Shown: positions 12,952 through 28,719 of the stretch, one piece after another
How positions within the stretch are numbered: the first letter of the stretch is position 1
How the letters are laid out: the number at the start of each line of letters is the position of its first letter
Assembly: GCF_009914755.1 (NCBI RefSeq)
Contig: NC_060926.1
DNA: 64,000 nt
Strand: one strand, 5' to 3'
Source: the human T2T-CHM13v2.0 reference genome, Homo sapiens
The notes under the pieces: generated by a model
Told to the model about the DNA's origin: nothing
What the model saw: only the letters and a program-made list of their open reading frames with translations
Databases searched by the model: none
Translations under genes and position numbers: made by a program

Positions 12952-14675
12952 GGTGAACATCATAGGTGGGGAAGCTCAGGTCAGGGCACTCCCATGAGTG
13001 TCTGGAGGCCTGAGTCCCATTCTCAGCTCTGCCATATGCTTGCTGCTCTCTAGAGGAGTTCCTCTTCCTCTCTGAGCCTCGGTTTATATACCCGTGCAGT
13101 GGGAGTGAGTTGCACTTCGGGGTGAAGGGGGCAAGACTTGTGTGGGCGCATCCTGCAGAGGGATCCCACAGAAGGGGAGAGCCGTGGGTTCTTTATCCTA
13201 CTGGGTCTGGGCTGGGGGGGCCTCTGTTTCTTGGCTGATGAGTTTATGTGAGTTTGAGTGAGGTATGTGGGTGGGTGAAAGGAGGGCTGGGGGGAGTCAC
13301 CTGACTTGTGCGAAGAAGCTCTTGAGAGAGCCGTGGCTTCTTGGAATTAAGAGGAAAGAGTGCAGCATGAACAAACAGGCCCTGGAGGATCTGGCAGCCC
13401 TGAGTGGGGGTGGGGGGTCAGCTCTGGAGTAGAGCCAGAGCTGTGATGGGGTTGGGGGACCCTGTGTCCTTGGGCCATGCTTGCCTCACTCCTGGGTTCT
13501 GTTTGTGGCTGTGGATTGGGGTGGGGCAGGGCCGGTTGTGTGAGGGGTCATTGCCCAATTCCAGGGGGCACCTGCCACCTCTCAGCTATATATATAGGGA
13601 TATATATAGTTCTTTCGACAGGTTTCCAGCAGGTAGTGGTTACTAAATCTTACTGAAGGGGTGTTTTTTCTGATTCTCAACTCTGTGCCGCAAGGGTGGA
13701 AACTGTGAGAGACAGATTCCAACTCCACATCTGGGTAGTAAGCATCCAGTCCAGGGGTGTAGATGGTCCTGGGGAAGCAGCCAGAGATCTGTACATTCTC
13801 ATATCCAGGGATAGCGACTCCAGGCTGGGGGCTGGCAGGGTAAGGGGTGGGTGGGTCCCGGGCTCACCCGCAGGTCTGCAGACTTCCTGGGGCCAGCTGA
13901 CCTCGGTAAATCCCTTTTGTCTAAGCTTCAGTTTCCTGCCTGTGAATGGGATTGGGACTGTGCTCTGGTTTCACCCTTGTGGCTCTGGGGTTGTGGTGAC
14001 AAAGCCATCAAGCTGGGTTGAAGGATTAACCAGGAAACCTTAGACTGGCTGCCTTGTCTACCTCTTCCTCCTACTCCTCTCTCTGCTGCATCCTGGGAAG
14101 CTGCTCTGCTCAGCCTAGATGAGGCTCAGTTGTGTGTGTGTGCACGTGCTTGCACGTGTGTTGGAAGTGGGTGGTATTGACACCAGAGTCAGTGTCTCCG
14201 GGTGAGTGAGGCTTGCACATTTCTCGGGACAGGGAACTCACTACCTTATGTGCCCAGGACAAGAGCTGTGGGGTCTGGAGAAGACTTCTAGGCCAGCCCC
14301 TGCAGTCTTTCCTCAGGTGACATGGCTTCCCCAGACCCACTTCCCCCTAGGTGCCCTCTCTGCATTCAGGGGGTAGAGGGCTGACTGGGACAGAATGTGA
14401 CACACTCAGCATGTGAGGAAAAGCCTCCTTCATTCTGTAGGCCCTACCTCTATTAACATGTCCTTTGATAAAGTGCCTCCCCTCCTGTCTCCCCTCTCTG
14501 GAATCCTCAGCTGCTGCCAGGCTTCAGCTGTGCCCCATTGAAGGCAGCTCTGCCTCCCTACTTTCCCCAGCCCAGGGTTTTCCTTTTGGGGTCAGCTGCA
14601 GGGATCTGGGCCATCCTTTACCCACTCAGACTTTCTTCCTGCCCACCTGCTGCTGTGAATCCTGTATGTCATATA

Positions 14676-15000
14676 CATATATATATAAAATATATTATAT
14701 AATTATTATATTTATGTAATTTACATAATATAATATATAAATGTATTATATATAGTATTATATATAAAATTATACTTTAAGTTCTAGGGTACATGTGCAC
14801 AACGTACAGGTTTGTTACATATGTATACATGTGCCATGTTGGTGTGCTGCACCCATTAACTTGTCATTTACATTAGGTGTATCTCTTAATGCTATCCCTC
14901 CCCCCTCCCCTCACCCCACGACAGGCCCCAGTGTGTGATATTCCCCTTCCTGTGTCCAAGTGTTCTCATTGTTCAATTCCAACCTATGAGTGAGAACATG
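14676..15000 (-). mobile_element. Short L1PA (about PA4-6) 3' end with a tail decayed to AT-rich sequence
   Basis: Reverse-oriented L1 3'UTR (tactttaagttctagggtacatgtgcacaac). Probable TSD tgtatgtcatata (14663-14675) / tgcatgtcttata (14999-15011). Confidence 0.9.
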
Positions 15001-16129
15001 CATGTCTTATATGCTCTCAGGCAGAGAGGAAACTGCTGAGCAGGGCAGGGGACAGAGCCCTGTGGCTCTCCACTTTAGACCCCTCCCGGCTGACTGCCAT
15101 GGAATGCAGCCACTTAGCAGGGCCAAATCCCCTGATGTTCCTGTTGGCTGTCTAGCCTTCAGGGACAGGTCATGGGGCCTTGGTTCCTGCCCTGTCATCT
15201 TCCCAGTCACCCTGATCTTCAGGGGGAGGAATAGCCTGAGAAAGGACTTGGTCATAGCACCTCCACCCTAGGGCTATTGAGGATCTCACAGTCGTGTGTC
15301 TGGTGGGTTCTGTCTAGAGCCCATTTGAGAGCAGTGGATGACAGGACAGGCCTATGTGACCCAGGCAGGCAGCAATATTGGGTCAGCCTTCATGTCCCCT
15401 TCTGTCAGCTTGGGGCAGCCTGGAAGGATGATTGTGGGGTAGGTGTTATGGGCACGGAATAGACCTCAGGTGGAGGCTGCAGGGGCTCTCCGGCACTGTA
15501 GACACAGCAGGCCAGGATCAGGGGAGGGAGCCATGACTCAGGGAGACTCTGGCCCATATCGTTGGCAGATGAGGGCCACAGGGGAATGGGCAGCACTGTC
15601 CAAAGTCCCCTGGGCTGGGTCCGCAGCTGTTCCTGGCTCAGACTTCTTGGTGGGCTGGTCAGAAACATGCAGTAACTTGGGGCAGTTACCAGGTGGCCAA
15701 GTCTGCACTGCTGGGCTCTGTGAGCTTGGGCCAGCTCAGGCCCTCTCTGGGCCCTGCCTTTCTGGGCTGTTCAGGTGGTTCCTTGGGCCTGGGGTGCTAA
15801 TGTTTCTGGATGGGCAGCAGAACCAGTCTGCACTCAGGGCCCCAGGCCATGTTCCCGGAACACACCTTTAGCATTGACAGCAGCGTGTGGTGAGGCCCCT
15901 TAGTCTGGGTTCTGGTCTAGTGCCAGGGGCACCACTACTCCACCGCCTCCAGAGCCATCTCTGGGACACTGGCTGTGCGTTCAGATGTTCTGAACAGGGA
16001 CAGGGAGAGCCAGAGGGACCCAGCCTGGGGCTCACTGGAGGGGCTTGTGGGCAGACAGTGCCCTTTAGAGGGAACTGAGTCTGAAGGGAAGGAAACCCTT
16101 TCCCCAGCTCATAGCATCTGCCATCCAGG

Positions 16130-16345
16130 GCCCTGCCAGGGCTGCGTGAACTTTAGTCATGTGGTGACAGGCCGAGTCACCGTGCCAAGTCACTGTGCGC
16201 CTCCTTGCTGCTGTGACGTCAGCTTCCCCATCCTCCCAGCCAGGCTGGATCTCTGTGAGAGGCCTGCCTGTCCTGCACCCTGTGCGGATGCCTCCCACTG
16301 TCCACCAGGGCTGCTGGGCACCCCCTGGCTGGTCTCTTGGACTAG
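16130..16345 (+). other. Candidate GGT 5'UTR exon (start approximate)
   Basis: Ends in the strong donor ggactag|gtaagc at 16346 and lies just upstream of the next acceptor-donor bounded exon. Confidence 0.45.
16214..16221. promoter_or_regulatory. Perfect palindromic CRE (TGACGTCA) in the GGT 5' region
   Basis: Exact 8-mer with its CpG retained. Function is untested. Confidence 0.35.
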
Positions 16346-16562
16346 GTAAGCTCATGGGTCCTCCGGCCGCTCCTGCTCTTTCCCTGCCTCTGCTCCTCCT
16401 CGGAGGTGGCCACCCCTAGATCCCAGTCCCAATTCGGAGGCCCCCTGAGGAGTGCTGCAGGGGGCCGCAGGCGTGGCTCTGAGCCACTCTGGAGGGGGGG
16501 GGGCCCAGCCATTCTGTGGCTGGGAATTTCCCAGGCAGACAAGTCTGTTTCTTCCTCCCCAG

Positions 16563-16632
16563 CGGGTGCAGCCCAGAACTGTCTTCTGAGGAAGAGGTGC
16601 TCTCCTGGGCCCCCACTGTCCCCAGGCCTCAG
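16563..16632 (+). other. GGT 5'UTR exon
   Basis: Polypyrimidine acceptor tttcttcctccccag and donor ctcag|gtaagc. Confidence 0.65.
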
Positions 16633-17254
16633 GTAAGCCCATCAGGGTCACAAGGAAGGGGGTCTGGATTTGAGGCCAACCATGGCAGCTGACCTACTTT
16701 CTAGCCTCAGTTTCCCCTAGTGTGTGCAGCTCTCACACTGTTTGGGTGAGAACCAGGCCTCTGGGCTTGGACATTCTTTCAGTGAGTTTTGAGGGTGGAG
16801 GGATGGGAAATGGAAGCCCAGGACCTCAGCAGGATGTCTTCCTCCGAGCCGGGGACATCTGCCTGTGGGAGGCTGGGCCCACCCTCCCTTGCTGACCTGC
16901 CCTGGGAGGAAGGGACAGGGCCCAGCACTGCCTACTCCCCTCCCTGTTCTTCCCAGCAGTCTGAGCCTGGCTGGATGCCCCCTGCTCCTCCAGGTGCCTA
17001 CTTGGGCCTTTGGGTAGACAGATTAACAGACAGGGGAGGCTGGGTCATGGTTGGACCACCCCAGGACCCTGAACGGGGGCTCAGCTCATGACCCTGAGCC
17101 TGGGAGAGATGAGGCCATGCCCTCCAGGGCACTCAGCATGACCCGGCCCAGTGGACGGGACTGGGTAGCTTCCTTGGTGCAGGGGGCTGTCATGCTAGGA
17201 CAGGGTCACTGACCAGGCCAGGCCCCTGCCCCATGACTTGTGGTGGAAATGTCC

Positions 17255-17567
<313 letters not shown>

Positions 17568-18567
17568 ATGTGATGGGAATGTTCTGTGTCCATAATAGAT
17601 GCTGCATATTGCTGGCCCAGCTCCTGAGGCTCTTTGGACCTCCAGGAATCGGTGTCTCTATCAGGAACCCTTAACCCTGACCCGGACTCCCGGCTGGGAC
17701 CCGGGGTGTTGGAGTGGCAAGAGCGCTGTCAGGCCTGGTGAAGGGTGTGAGCTGTCCAACAGGGCAAGGAGGAGGCAGGGCCTGTTCTGTAGTTGGACAG
17801 ACAGAGCCCTCTAGCTGCTTTCTGGAAGACTGAAGGGCAGGCGATGTTGGAGGGAGGGAGTGCAGGCAGGGGCTGTGAGGGAGTTCAGGTCAGAAACAGG
17901 TGGCGCCTGGATTCAGGCTGTGGTGGTCACGGTGGGGATGAGGGGCTGCTTTGGATTGTGCTGGGGATGTGGGGTGGTGCGCTGCATGACTACTGCCAGG
18001 TCTCTCTGCTCTTGGTGTCTGCATCCAGGGCTGGGAGGGGGTCAAATGTATCACACTATCGGCCCCAGGCCCACCAAGCCTGGGGAGGTGACCACCCTTC
18101 CACGATGGCATTTGGATGTTCCCTGTGTGTGGGGAGGGCACAGGGACTCCATTCCTAGACTACCTCTGGGACAGTGTGTCTACCTCTGAGGTCAGATGCT
18201 CTGCACTGGGACAGGGTGGAGTGGAGGGAAACCCAGCTTGGGGCTCATTGGAGGGGCTTGCTGGCAGACACCGCCCTTTGTGGGAAACTGACTGTGGGAG
18301 AGGGGAACCCCAACCTCTGTCACCACATCCCTCTTCCCTGTTGTCACACCTGTCACCTGCTGCCATAGCCATGAGACTTCCCAAGGGTCACTGCTGCCAC
18401 TCACTGCACAGCCTGGAAGGGAGTCCACAGGGGACATAGAGTGAGCAAGAGACCTGTGCCACTCAGGCCTCCTGGGGGTGTCCCCAGTGCAGCCATGATG
18501 ATAATCACAGCTACCATTCACCAAGTCCTGCCCACAGTCTAACCTACTCTATTCACAACACTCCCAG

Positions 18568-18639
18568 CAGCAAGGCAAGTGAGGTGCTGCCGTCATCCAG
18601 GCTGGACAGTTCAGTGATTTGCCTGAGGCCCCACAGCAG
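18568..18639 (+). other. GGT 5'UTR exon
   Basis: Acceptor ctcccag (NAGNAG cagcag) and donor cagcag|gtgagt. The sequence resembles the GGT1 leader. Confidence 0.65.
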
Positions 18640-18855
18640 GTGAGTGGCAAGTCCAGCGTCAGAGCAGGGCAGGCTGGCAGTGCCCCTTGAGCCCCCTTTG
18701 CCATGCTTACCACATGCACATCCTGGGCTTCTGCAGGAATGCCCTGTCCCCTACCTGCCCTGCTCCATGCAAAACCCTCTTTGAGCTGTGCCTGGGAGAC
18801 ATGCTGAGAGAATTCATGGAAACAAATGTGTTACTGACAGCCTCTTTGCCTCCAG

Positions 18856-19135
18856 AGTTCAAATGGAGACAGAGAAACCAGCTAGAGGCAGAGGGAGGTA
18901 ACACGGAGTCCCCCAGAAAGGTCTGGGCTGCGCGTGCTTCAGGTAACCTCCCTTGACCTTCAGGAGAACGAGAAGGCTGCCTGATCAGAGTCTCTGAAGA
19001 AGATTCTGTGGCTACAGGCTTCAGCAGAGTGTGAGGGAGACCCCAGTTGTTTCCTCAGGTGTTTCCACCAAATCCTCCTGTCTTTCGTGACCAACACCCC
19101 AGGCAAGGCTTGGGGCCCCCGTCTGCTGCTGGACA
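18856..19135 (+). other. Last GGT 5'UTR exon
   Basis: Acceptor ctttgcctccag and donor ggaca|gtaagt. It matches the GGT1 mRNA directly 5' of cagagccATG as I recall it. Confidence 0.75.
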
Positions 19136-19678
19136 GTAAGTCCTGGCCCCGTGGCAGTGAATCTGTGGGGTGCTCTGATTGTGGGCACTATGGAAGCTAA
19201 ACCCCATGCTCCAGGTGGGGTGGAGGGCCTTCAGAGGACTCCTGGACAGTGCCAGGCTCTAGGCTGAGGTGGGGGACACAGGAGAAACCAGGCCAGGCCC
19301 ATCCCTACTGGAGCTTCTCCCTAAGCAGTGGAGGCTCAGCCACTGTGAGGAGGTAGGCAAGGCCCTGCAGAAAGAGGGGTGTGGAAATCTGGGGGCTCCC
19401 AGGAAGGGCCGCTGCTGGAGATGGGGTTCTTACCAGGATGGGCTCTGAAGATAAGCAGGGAGGATTTGGGAGGGCAGAGATGAGGCCCAGAGCTTCTGGC
19501 AGAGGGCATGGCCTGCACAAAGGTCTGGGGGCCGGACAGCCTGCACGTGTTCTGGGAAGCGGGAAGGAGACACAGGCCTTGTGTTTCTGAGGCCCAACTT
19601 TAGACTGTGCCCTGCTGGGGAGGTGCCAGGGAATGTCTGAGGCTGGGCCTGACCCTGCTCCTTACCCCATGGGAGCAG

Positions 19679-19849
19679 CAGAGCCATGAAGAAGAAGTTA
19701 GTGGTGCTGGGCCTGCTGGCCGTGGTCCTGGTGCTGGTCATTGTCGGCCTCTGTCTCTGACTGCCCTCAGCCTCCAAGGAACCTGACAACCATGTGTACA
19801 CCAGGGCTGCCGTGGCTGCAGATGCCAAGCAGTGCTCGGAGATTGGGAG
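19679..19849 (+). pseudogene. GGT first coding exon (cytoplasmic tail plus signal anchor) with nonsense W25*
   Basis: ATG at 19686 in gagccATGa. TGA at 19758-19760. The frame continues LPSASKEPDNHVYTRAAVAADAKQCSEIGR to donor gtgagc at 19850. Confidence 0.95.
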
Positions 19850-20072
19850 GTGAGCGGGGCAGGGCATGGGACATGGGCCCTGAAAACTGGGCAAGTGGAC
19901 CTGAGCAATACCTTCACCCCTCTGAGACTCAGTTTTCCCACATGTAAGCTTTGCTTGGACTCTCTAAGTAGCCTTTGGGAAGGGGACGGTGACTCCGAGA
20001 GCAGGGTGTGGGTCTCTAGAGCCAAACAGGGCCCCTTTTCTCAGTTCTAAGAGTCTCTGTCTCTTTGGATAA

Positions 20073-20638
<566 letters not shown>

Positions 20639-21861
20639 CAATCTTTCATTTGTTTTTAATACTCATTGAGAAACTCAGCATCTGTAGACATGAAGTTGCT
20701 CAGGGTAAGAGAATGCGGGAATCATAGGCTTGGCACCTTGTGGATGCTTAGAATCATTTATTTAACTAGAATGTATTGAGCATTGTCTTAAAGAATCAGC
20801 TGTTGTTCCTGAAGCTGGGGTGAAAAACAAAGATGGCAGATGAAATCTGTGACACTCCAGGTGGGAAAAGAACCTAGGCAGGTGCGGGTGTGTTACGGGC
20901 TGTAGAAAAACAGACCTGGAGGGCCTCAAAATCTGGGACTCTATGGAGGGTGACCTAGTCAGGGAAGGGGACATCTGAGCAAAGACCCAGAGGCAGAGAT
21001 GGGGTCAGGGGAGTTATCTCCTGGTCTGCTATCCAGGTGTGATGGCAGGGACAGAGCCCTGTGGGGAGCTGGGGAGGCTGCAGCAAGTGACCCAAGGGAA
21101 ATGGCCCAGGTTGTGTGGGATCACTTAGGTTATGGTGAAGCCTCTGCTTCCTGTCTGAGGGAAGTGGGGGCTCGTGGAGTGTGTGAGTGGAAGGGGATGG
21201 ATCTGGCCTATGAACCCCTTGGATTGCTGTGTAAGGGGCAGGGAGCATGTGGGGACCTGTCTGGAGGTCACTGCAGTAATTCGTGGAGAGGGTGCTGGGA
21301 AGTGGCTGATGCTGGACAGACACACTTGGAAGTGGAGCCTGTGGATTTGAGGATGGGTTGGGTGTGATGCTTGTGTAGGGAGTCCCCGGGGACCCCGATC
21401 TTTTGTCTGTACCTGGAAGGATGGGGTGACCCTAATGGAGACAGGCAGGGTTCTCAGGAAGCAGGTTGAGCAGACACTCAGGAGCTCGGTTTTGGGCACG
21501 TTGAAGTTTGAGATGCTTTCTTCGAGCAGGCAGGTAGATACTCAGGTCTGGTTATCAGAGGAGCAGTCCAGGCCAGCAGGTCAATTTGGGAGTTGTCAGT
21601 GCATAAATGGAGGCTGAAGCTCAGATGTCAAGCAGACCACCAGGAGAGAGAGCAAAGACAGAGGGGAGAGTAGGAGCTAGGATGGCAGGCGGGGGATACT
21701 CGGGTGGAGACAGGTGATGGGATGCAGGGGAGGCTCTCAGGGAGAGTGATGAGCCCAGTAAAGCTGAGAGGGGCACTGGGTCTGGCAGTGTGGGGGTCAC
21801 CAGAGAACTTGGCAAGTGTGGTGGCATGAGAGTCTGATTGGCCTGAGGTCAGGAGAAGATT

Positions 21862-22466
<605 letters not shown>

Positions 22467-22774
22467 TCAGACCTTCCGGGATGTATGTGCAGCTTCTAGG
22501 AATTGAAACCACCAGCTCTTGGAAACTTGTGCCAGGCTTCAGGGTGGGAGAGGCAGTTCTAGAGCCGCAGCCGCCAAGCCAAGCCAAATGGCCCCATCAT
22601 CTCTCGCAAGAGCAGGAGAATACCTGGGGGCAGAGGCCATAGTTGTACCTTTCTGGGCAAAGGGTCAGTGTCTGTAGTGTCCATATGGGCAGTGGGGCTC
22701 AGGGGGGAAGCAGGCCCAGGGGTCTGTTTCCAATGACCTCCTCAAAAGTCAGAACTGGAAGGCAAAACCCCTTA

Positions 22775-23378
<604 letters not shown>

Positions 23379-23854
23379 CCCTTATAGTTGGATGGAGAAA
23401 CTGAGGCTGGGAGAGGGGACAGGATGGAGGTTAAGGCTCAGTCTTGCCTCTCTGGGGCAGTAGAAAAGAGGAAGGGAGCCCTTTCTTGGGGCTGGCTGTG
23501 TCTTGAAGGTGGCCTGTGCTTGACCTGGGTCAGGGTGGGATCTGCTCTTGTTTTGGCACATTCTGGTGGAGCCCATGAGTCTTACAGGATAAGGCCTTGT
23601 GGTCAGTGAGATGGGAGGGGGTCTGGCCTGGCACAGGATTTTAGACATGTAGGCACCTGCACAGACAGATACCTCATCCTGGGACAGCAAAACCCAGCCA
23701 CATGCTACTGCTTCCCCTCCTGTGCCCTCCTCAGACATCCCTGGTCCATGTACACTCCTACCTGCTGAGCCCCTCTTAAAAAAAAATTAAACATCCCCTC
23801 CTAAAAAAAAAATTAAAATTAAAAAATAAATAAAAAAATTAAAAATCCTCTTCT

Positions 23855-23985
23855 GCTGGGTGTGCTGTTCACGCCTGTAATCTCAGCTACTCAGGAGGCT
23901 GAGGTGGGAGGATTGCTTGAATCCAGGAGTTCGAGATCAGGCTGGGCAAGATGGCAAGACGCCAACTCAAAAAAGAAAAAAAAAA
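23855..23985 (+). mobile_element. FLAM / Alu monomer
   Basis: Left-arm consensus followed by an A tail. Confidence 0.85.
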
Positions 23986-24109
23986 TCTTTCCTCCTAAGC
24001 CTCATTGCCCCATCTGTAAAACGAGTCAGGGACTGTGCCTGGGATGCTGCCTGCGAGAGATCCCGATGTCCCCTACTCAGGGTCACTAACTGTGGCTCTC
24101 TCTCCCCAG

Positions 24110-24302
24110 GAGGGCTGTCGGTGGCAGTGCCTGGGGAGATCCGAGGCTATGAGCTGGCACACCAGCAGCATGGGCGGCTGCCCTGGGCTCGCCTCTTCCA
24201 GCCCAGCATCCAGCTGGCCCGCCAGGGCTTCCCCGTGGGCAAGGGCTTGGCAGCAGCCCTGGAAAACAAGCGGACCGTCATCGAGCAGCAGCCTGTCTTG
24301 TG
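24110..24302 (+). pseudogene. GGT coding exon ([17 protein letters not shown]...QPVLC)
   Basis: Acceptor tctctctccccag and donor gtatgt. The 193-bp exon has an open frame matching the GGT heavy chain. Confidence 0.95.
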
Positions 24303-24694
24303 GTATGTCTGTGGGTGCAGCCCCCTGACACAGGCAGGGCAGGCACAGCCCAAGGACCTTGCAGGCCGTAGCAGCAGTGGAGCGGCCCTCTGCCTTCAGG
24401 ACCCTGCGCTGATAATGGGATGAGGAGATACAGACCCTTCCCACCACATGTGGGGACACATTCTGAGCATGGGGTCCCAGTGGCCACTGTGGCTGGCCAT
24501 GTGTCCTGAGTGGCAAGGGACACTAGGAGGTTCCCGGAAGGGACACTAGGAGGACGAGCGCTGAGTGACAGGGCCACCCACCCGTGACAGGCGCTGCCCC
24601 TGCTTTGTGCTGGTCTCCTGTGTGGGCAGGTGTGGGGGTTGGTCTAGCTAAGTCCACCCCACCTGCTGCCTCACATGAGCCCCCTCTGCCCCAG

Positions 24695-24852
24695 TGAGGT
24701 GTTCTGCCGGGATAGAAAGGTGCTTTGGGAGGGGGAGAGACTGATCCTGCTGCGGCTGGCTGACACCTATGAGACGCTGGCCATTGAGGGTGCCCAGGCC
24801 TTCTACAACGGCAGCCTCATGGCCCAGATTGTGAAGGACATCCAGGCGGCTG
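24695..24852 (+). pseudogene. GGT coding exon (EVFCRDRKVL...KDIQAA), the last GGT exon present
   Basis: Acceptor ctctgccccag and donor gtgagt. The 158-bp exon has an open frame. Confidence 0.95.
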
Positions 24853-25489
24853 GTGAGTGGGTAACCTCAAGGGCCTGGGTGAGGAACTCTGCAGTGGAAA
24901 CCCTGAGCTGTAGCCCAGAGCCATGGGGTCCTCCTGTCTTGCCTGAGCCTGCAGGAAGTTCCTGGTGGAGGAGGGTCAGTGACTGGCCATGTGGGTCCAC
25001 AGCTCCTGCTTATATCAAAACCAAGAGAGGCCACACAGTCCAGGAGAGCAAGTCCCTGTTGGGGTAAATGCAGGTGTAGGCAAGAGCCAGGGCTAGGGAA
25101 GCGCTAGAATACAGCCTGAAGATCCAGGAGGACTTCTTGGAGGAGGTGGTGGCTGGGCTGCAGATAACTTCGTTAGGCAGAGAGAGGAAGGGATTCCTAG
25201 CAGAGGAACAGCTGGGCTAAGGCCCAGTAGAGGGGGCTTTGATTCACCAAGAGGGTTACAAGGGATGAGGGTTGCTTTGAGAGAGGCATGGGGAAGGGGA
25301 TTTGTGGAGCAGGGGCCTGGAGCTTGGCTGTGGCTTTCTTCAGGTAATTTTTGTCACTGTTTCATGGAGGAGGGTGATTAGCGTGTCAACCTTTACCACT
25401 GAGGCTGGAAATTGGCATGCCAATACCCTGTCTGTCTGGAGCTGACTCCAGGAGAATTAAGAGCCTCCCTCCCTCCCTCTATCCATTCA

Positions 25490-26474
<985 letters not shown>

Positions 26475-28712
26475 TTCAACAGCCCTTCATGCTAAAAATT
26501 CTCAATAAATTAGGTATTGATGGGACGTATCTCAAAATAATAAGAGCTATCTATGACAAACCCACAGCCAATATCATACTGAATGGGCAAAAACTGGAAG
26601 CATTCCTTTTGAAAACTGGCACATGACAGGGATGTCCTCTGTCACCACTCATACTCAATAGAGTGTTGGAAGTTCTGGCCAGGGCAATCAGGCAGGAGAA
26701 GGAAACAAAGGGTATTCAGTTAGGAAAAGAGGAAGTCAATTTGTCCCCTTTTGCAGATGACATGATTGTATATAAAGAAAACCCCATTGTCTCAGTGCAA
26801 AATCTCCTTAAGCTGATAAGCAACTTCAGCAAAGTCTCAGGATACAAAATCAATGTACAAAAATCACAAACATTCTTGTACACCAATAACAGAAAAACAG
26901 AGTGCCCAATCATGAGTGAACTCCCATTCACAATTGCTTCAAAGAGAATAAAATACCTAGGAACCCAACTTACAAGGGACATGACGGACATCTCCAAGGA
27001 GAACTACAAACCACTGTTCAATGAAATAAAAGAGGATACAAACAAATGGAAGAACATTCCATGCTCATGGGTTGGAAGAATCAATATCGTGAAAATGGCC
27101 ATACTGCCCAAGGTAATTTATAGATTCAATGCCATCCCCATCAAGCTACCAAAGACTTTCTTCACAGAATTGGAAAAAACGACTTTAAAGTACATACGGA
27201 AACAAAAAAGAACCCGCATCGCCAAGTCAATCCTAAGCCAAAGGAACAAAGCTGGAGGCATCACGCTACCTGACTTCAAACTATACTACAAGGCTACAGT
27301 AACCAAAACAGCATGTTACTGGTACAAAAACACAGACATAGATCAATGGAACAGGACGGAGCCCTCAGAAATAATGCCGCTTAACTACAACTGTCTGATC
27401 TTTGACAAACCTGAGAAAAACAAGAAATGGGGAAAGGATTCCCTATTTAATAAATGGTGCTGGGAAAACTGGCTAGCCATCTGTAGAAAGCTGAAACTGG
27501 ATCCCTTCCTTACACCTTATACAAAAATTAATTCAAGTTGGATCAAAGACTTACATGTTAGACCTAAAACCATAAAAACCCTAGAAGAAAACCTAGGCAA
27601 TACCGTTCAGGACATAGGCATGAGCAAGGACTTCATGTCTAAAACACCAAAAGCAATGGGAGCAAAAGCCAAAATTGACAAATGGGATCTAATTAAACTA
27701 AAGAGCTTCTGCACAGCAAAAGAAACTACCATCAGAGTGAACAGGCAACCTACAAAATGGGAGAAAATTTTTGCAACCTACTCATCTGACAAAGGGCTAA
27801 TAACCAGAATCTACAATGAACTCAAACACATTTACAAGTAAAAAACAACCCCATCAAAAAGTGGGTGAAGGACACGAATAGACACTTCTCAAAAGAAGAC
27901 ATTTGTGCAGCCAAAAAAACACATGAAAAAATGCTCATCATCACTGGCCATCAGAGAAATGCAAATCAAAACCACAATGAGATACCAACTCACACCAGTT
28001 AGAATGGCGATCATTAAAAAGTCAGGAAACGGCAGGTGCTGGATAGGATGTGGAGAAATAGGAACACTTTTACACTGTTGGTGGGACTGTAAACTAGTTC
28101 AAACATTGTGGAAGTCAGTGTGGTGATTCCTCAAGTATCTAGAACTAGAAATACCATGTCACCCAGCCATTCCCTTACTGGGTATATACAGAAAGGACTA
28201 TAAATCATGCTTCAATAAAGACACATGCACACGTATGTTTACTACGGCAGTATTCAGAATAGCAAAGACTTGGAACCATCCCAAATGTCCAACAACGATA
28301 GACTGGATTAAGAAAATGTGGCACATATACACCATGGAGTACTATGCAGCCATAAAAAATGATGAGTTCATGTCCTACGTAGGGACATGGATGAAACTGG
28401 AAATCATCATTCTCAGTAAACTCTCGCAAGGACAAAAAACCAAACACCACATGTTCTCATTCATAGGTGGGTATTGAACAATGAGAACACATGGACACAG
28501 GAAGGGGAACATCACACTTCGGGGACTGTTGTGGGGTGGGGGGAGTGGGGAGGGATAGCATTAGGAGATATGCCTAATGCTAAATGACGAGTTAATGGGT
28601 GCAGCACACCAACATGGCACATGAACACTTATGTTACAAACCTGCACATTGTGCACATGTATCCTATAACTTAAGGTATAATAATAAAATAAAATAAAAT
28701 AAAAAAACAAAA
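26475..28712 (+). mobile_element. 5'-truncated LINE-1 (L1PA3-like): 3' part of ORF2, 3'UTR and poly(A)
   Basis: RT motif FADDMIVY in ORF 26663-27841. In-frame stops at 26624-26626 and 27839-27841. The 3'UTR has aatgctaaatgacgagttaatggg. A-rich tail at about 28680-28712. Confidence 0.95.
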
Positions 28713-28719
28713 TATACAC

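Noticed and set aside
24517-24553. Short direct repeat agggacactaggagg x2 in the GGT intron
   Set aside because: A small local duplication with no evidence of function.
26663-27841. 392-aa reverse transcriptase ORF as a novel RT system
   Set aside because: It is an ordinary L1 ORF2 fragment, 5'-truncated, with in-frame stops on both sides and no promoter or ORF1.
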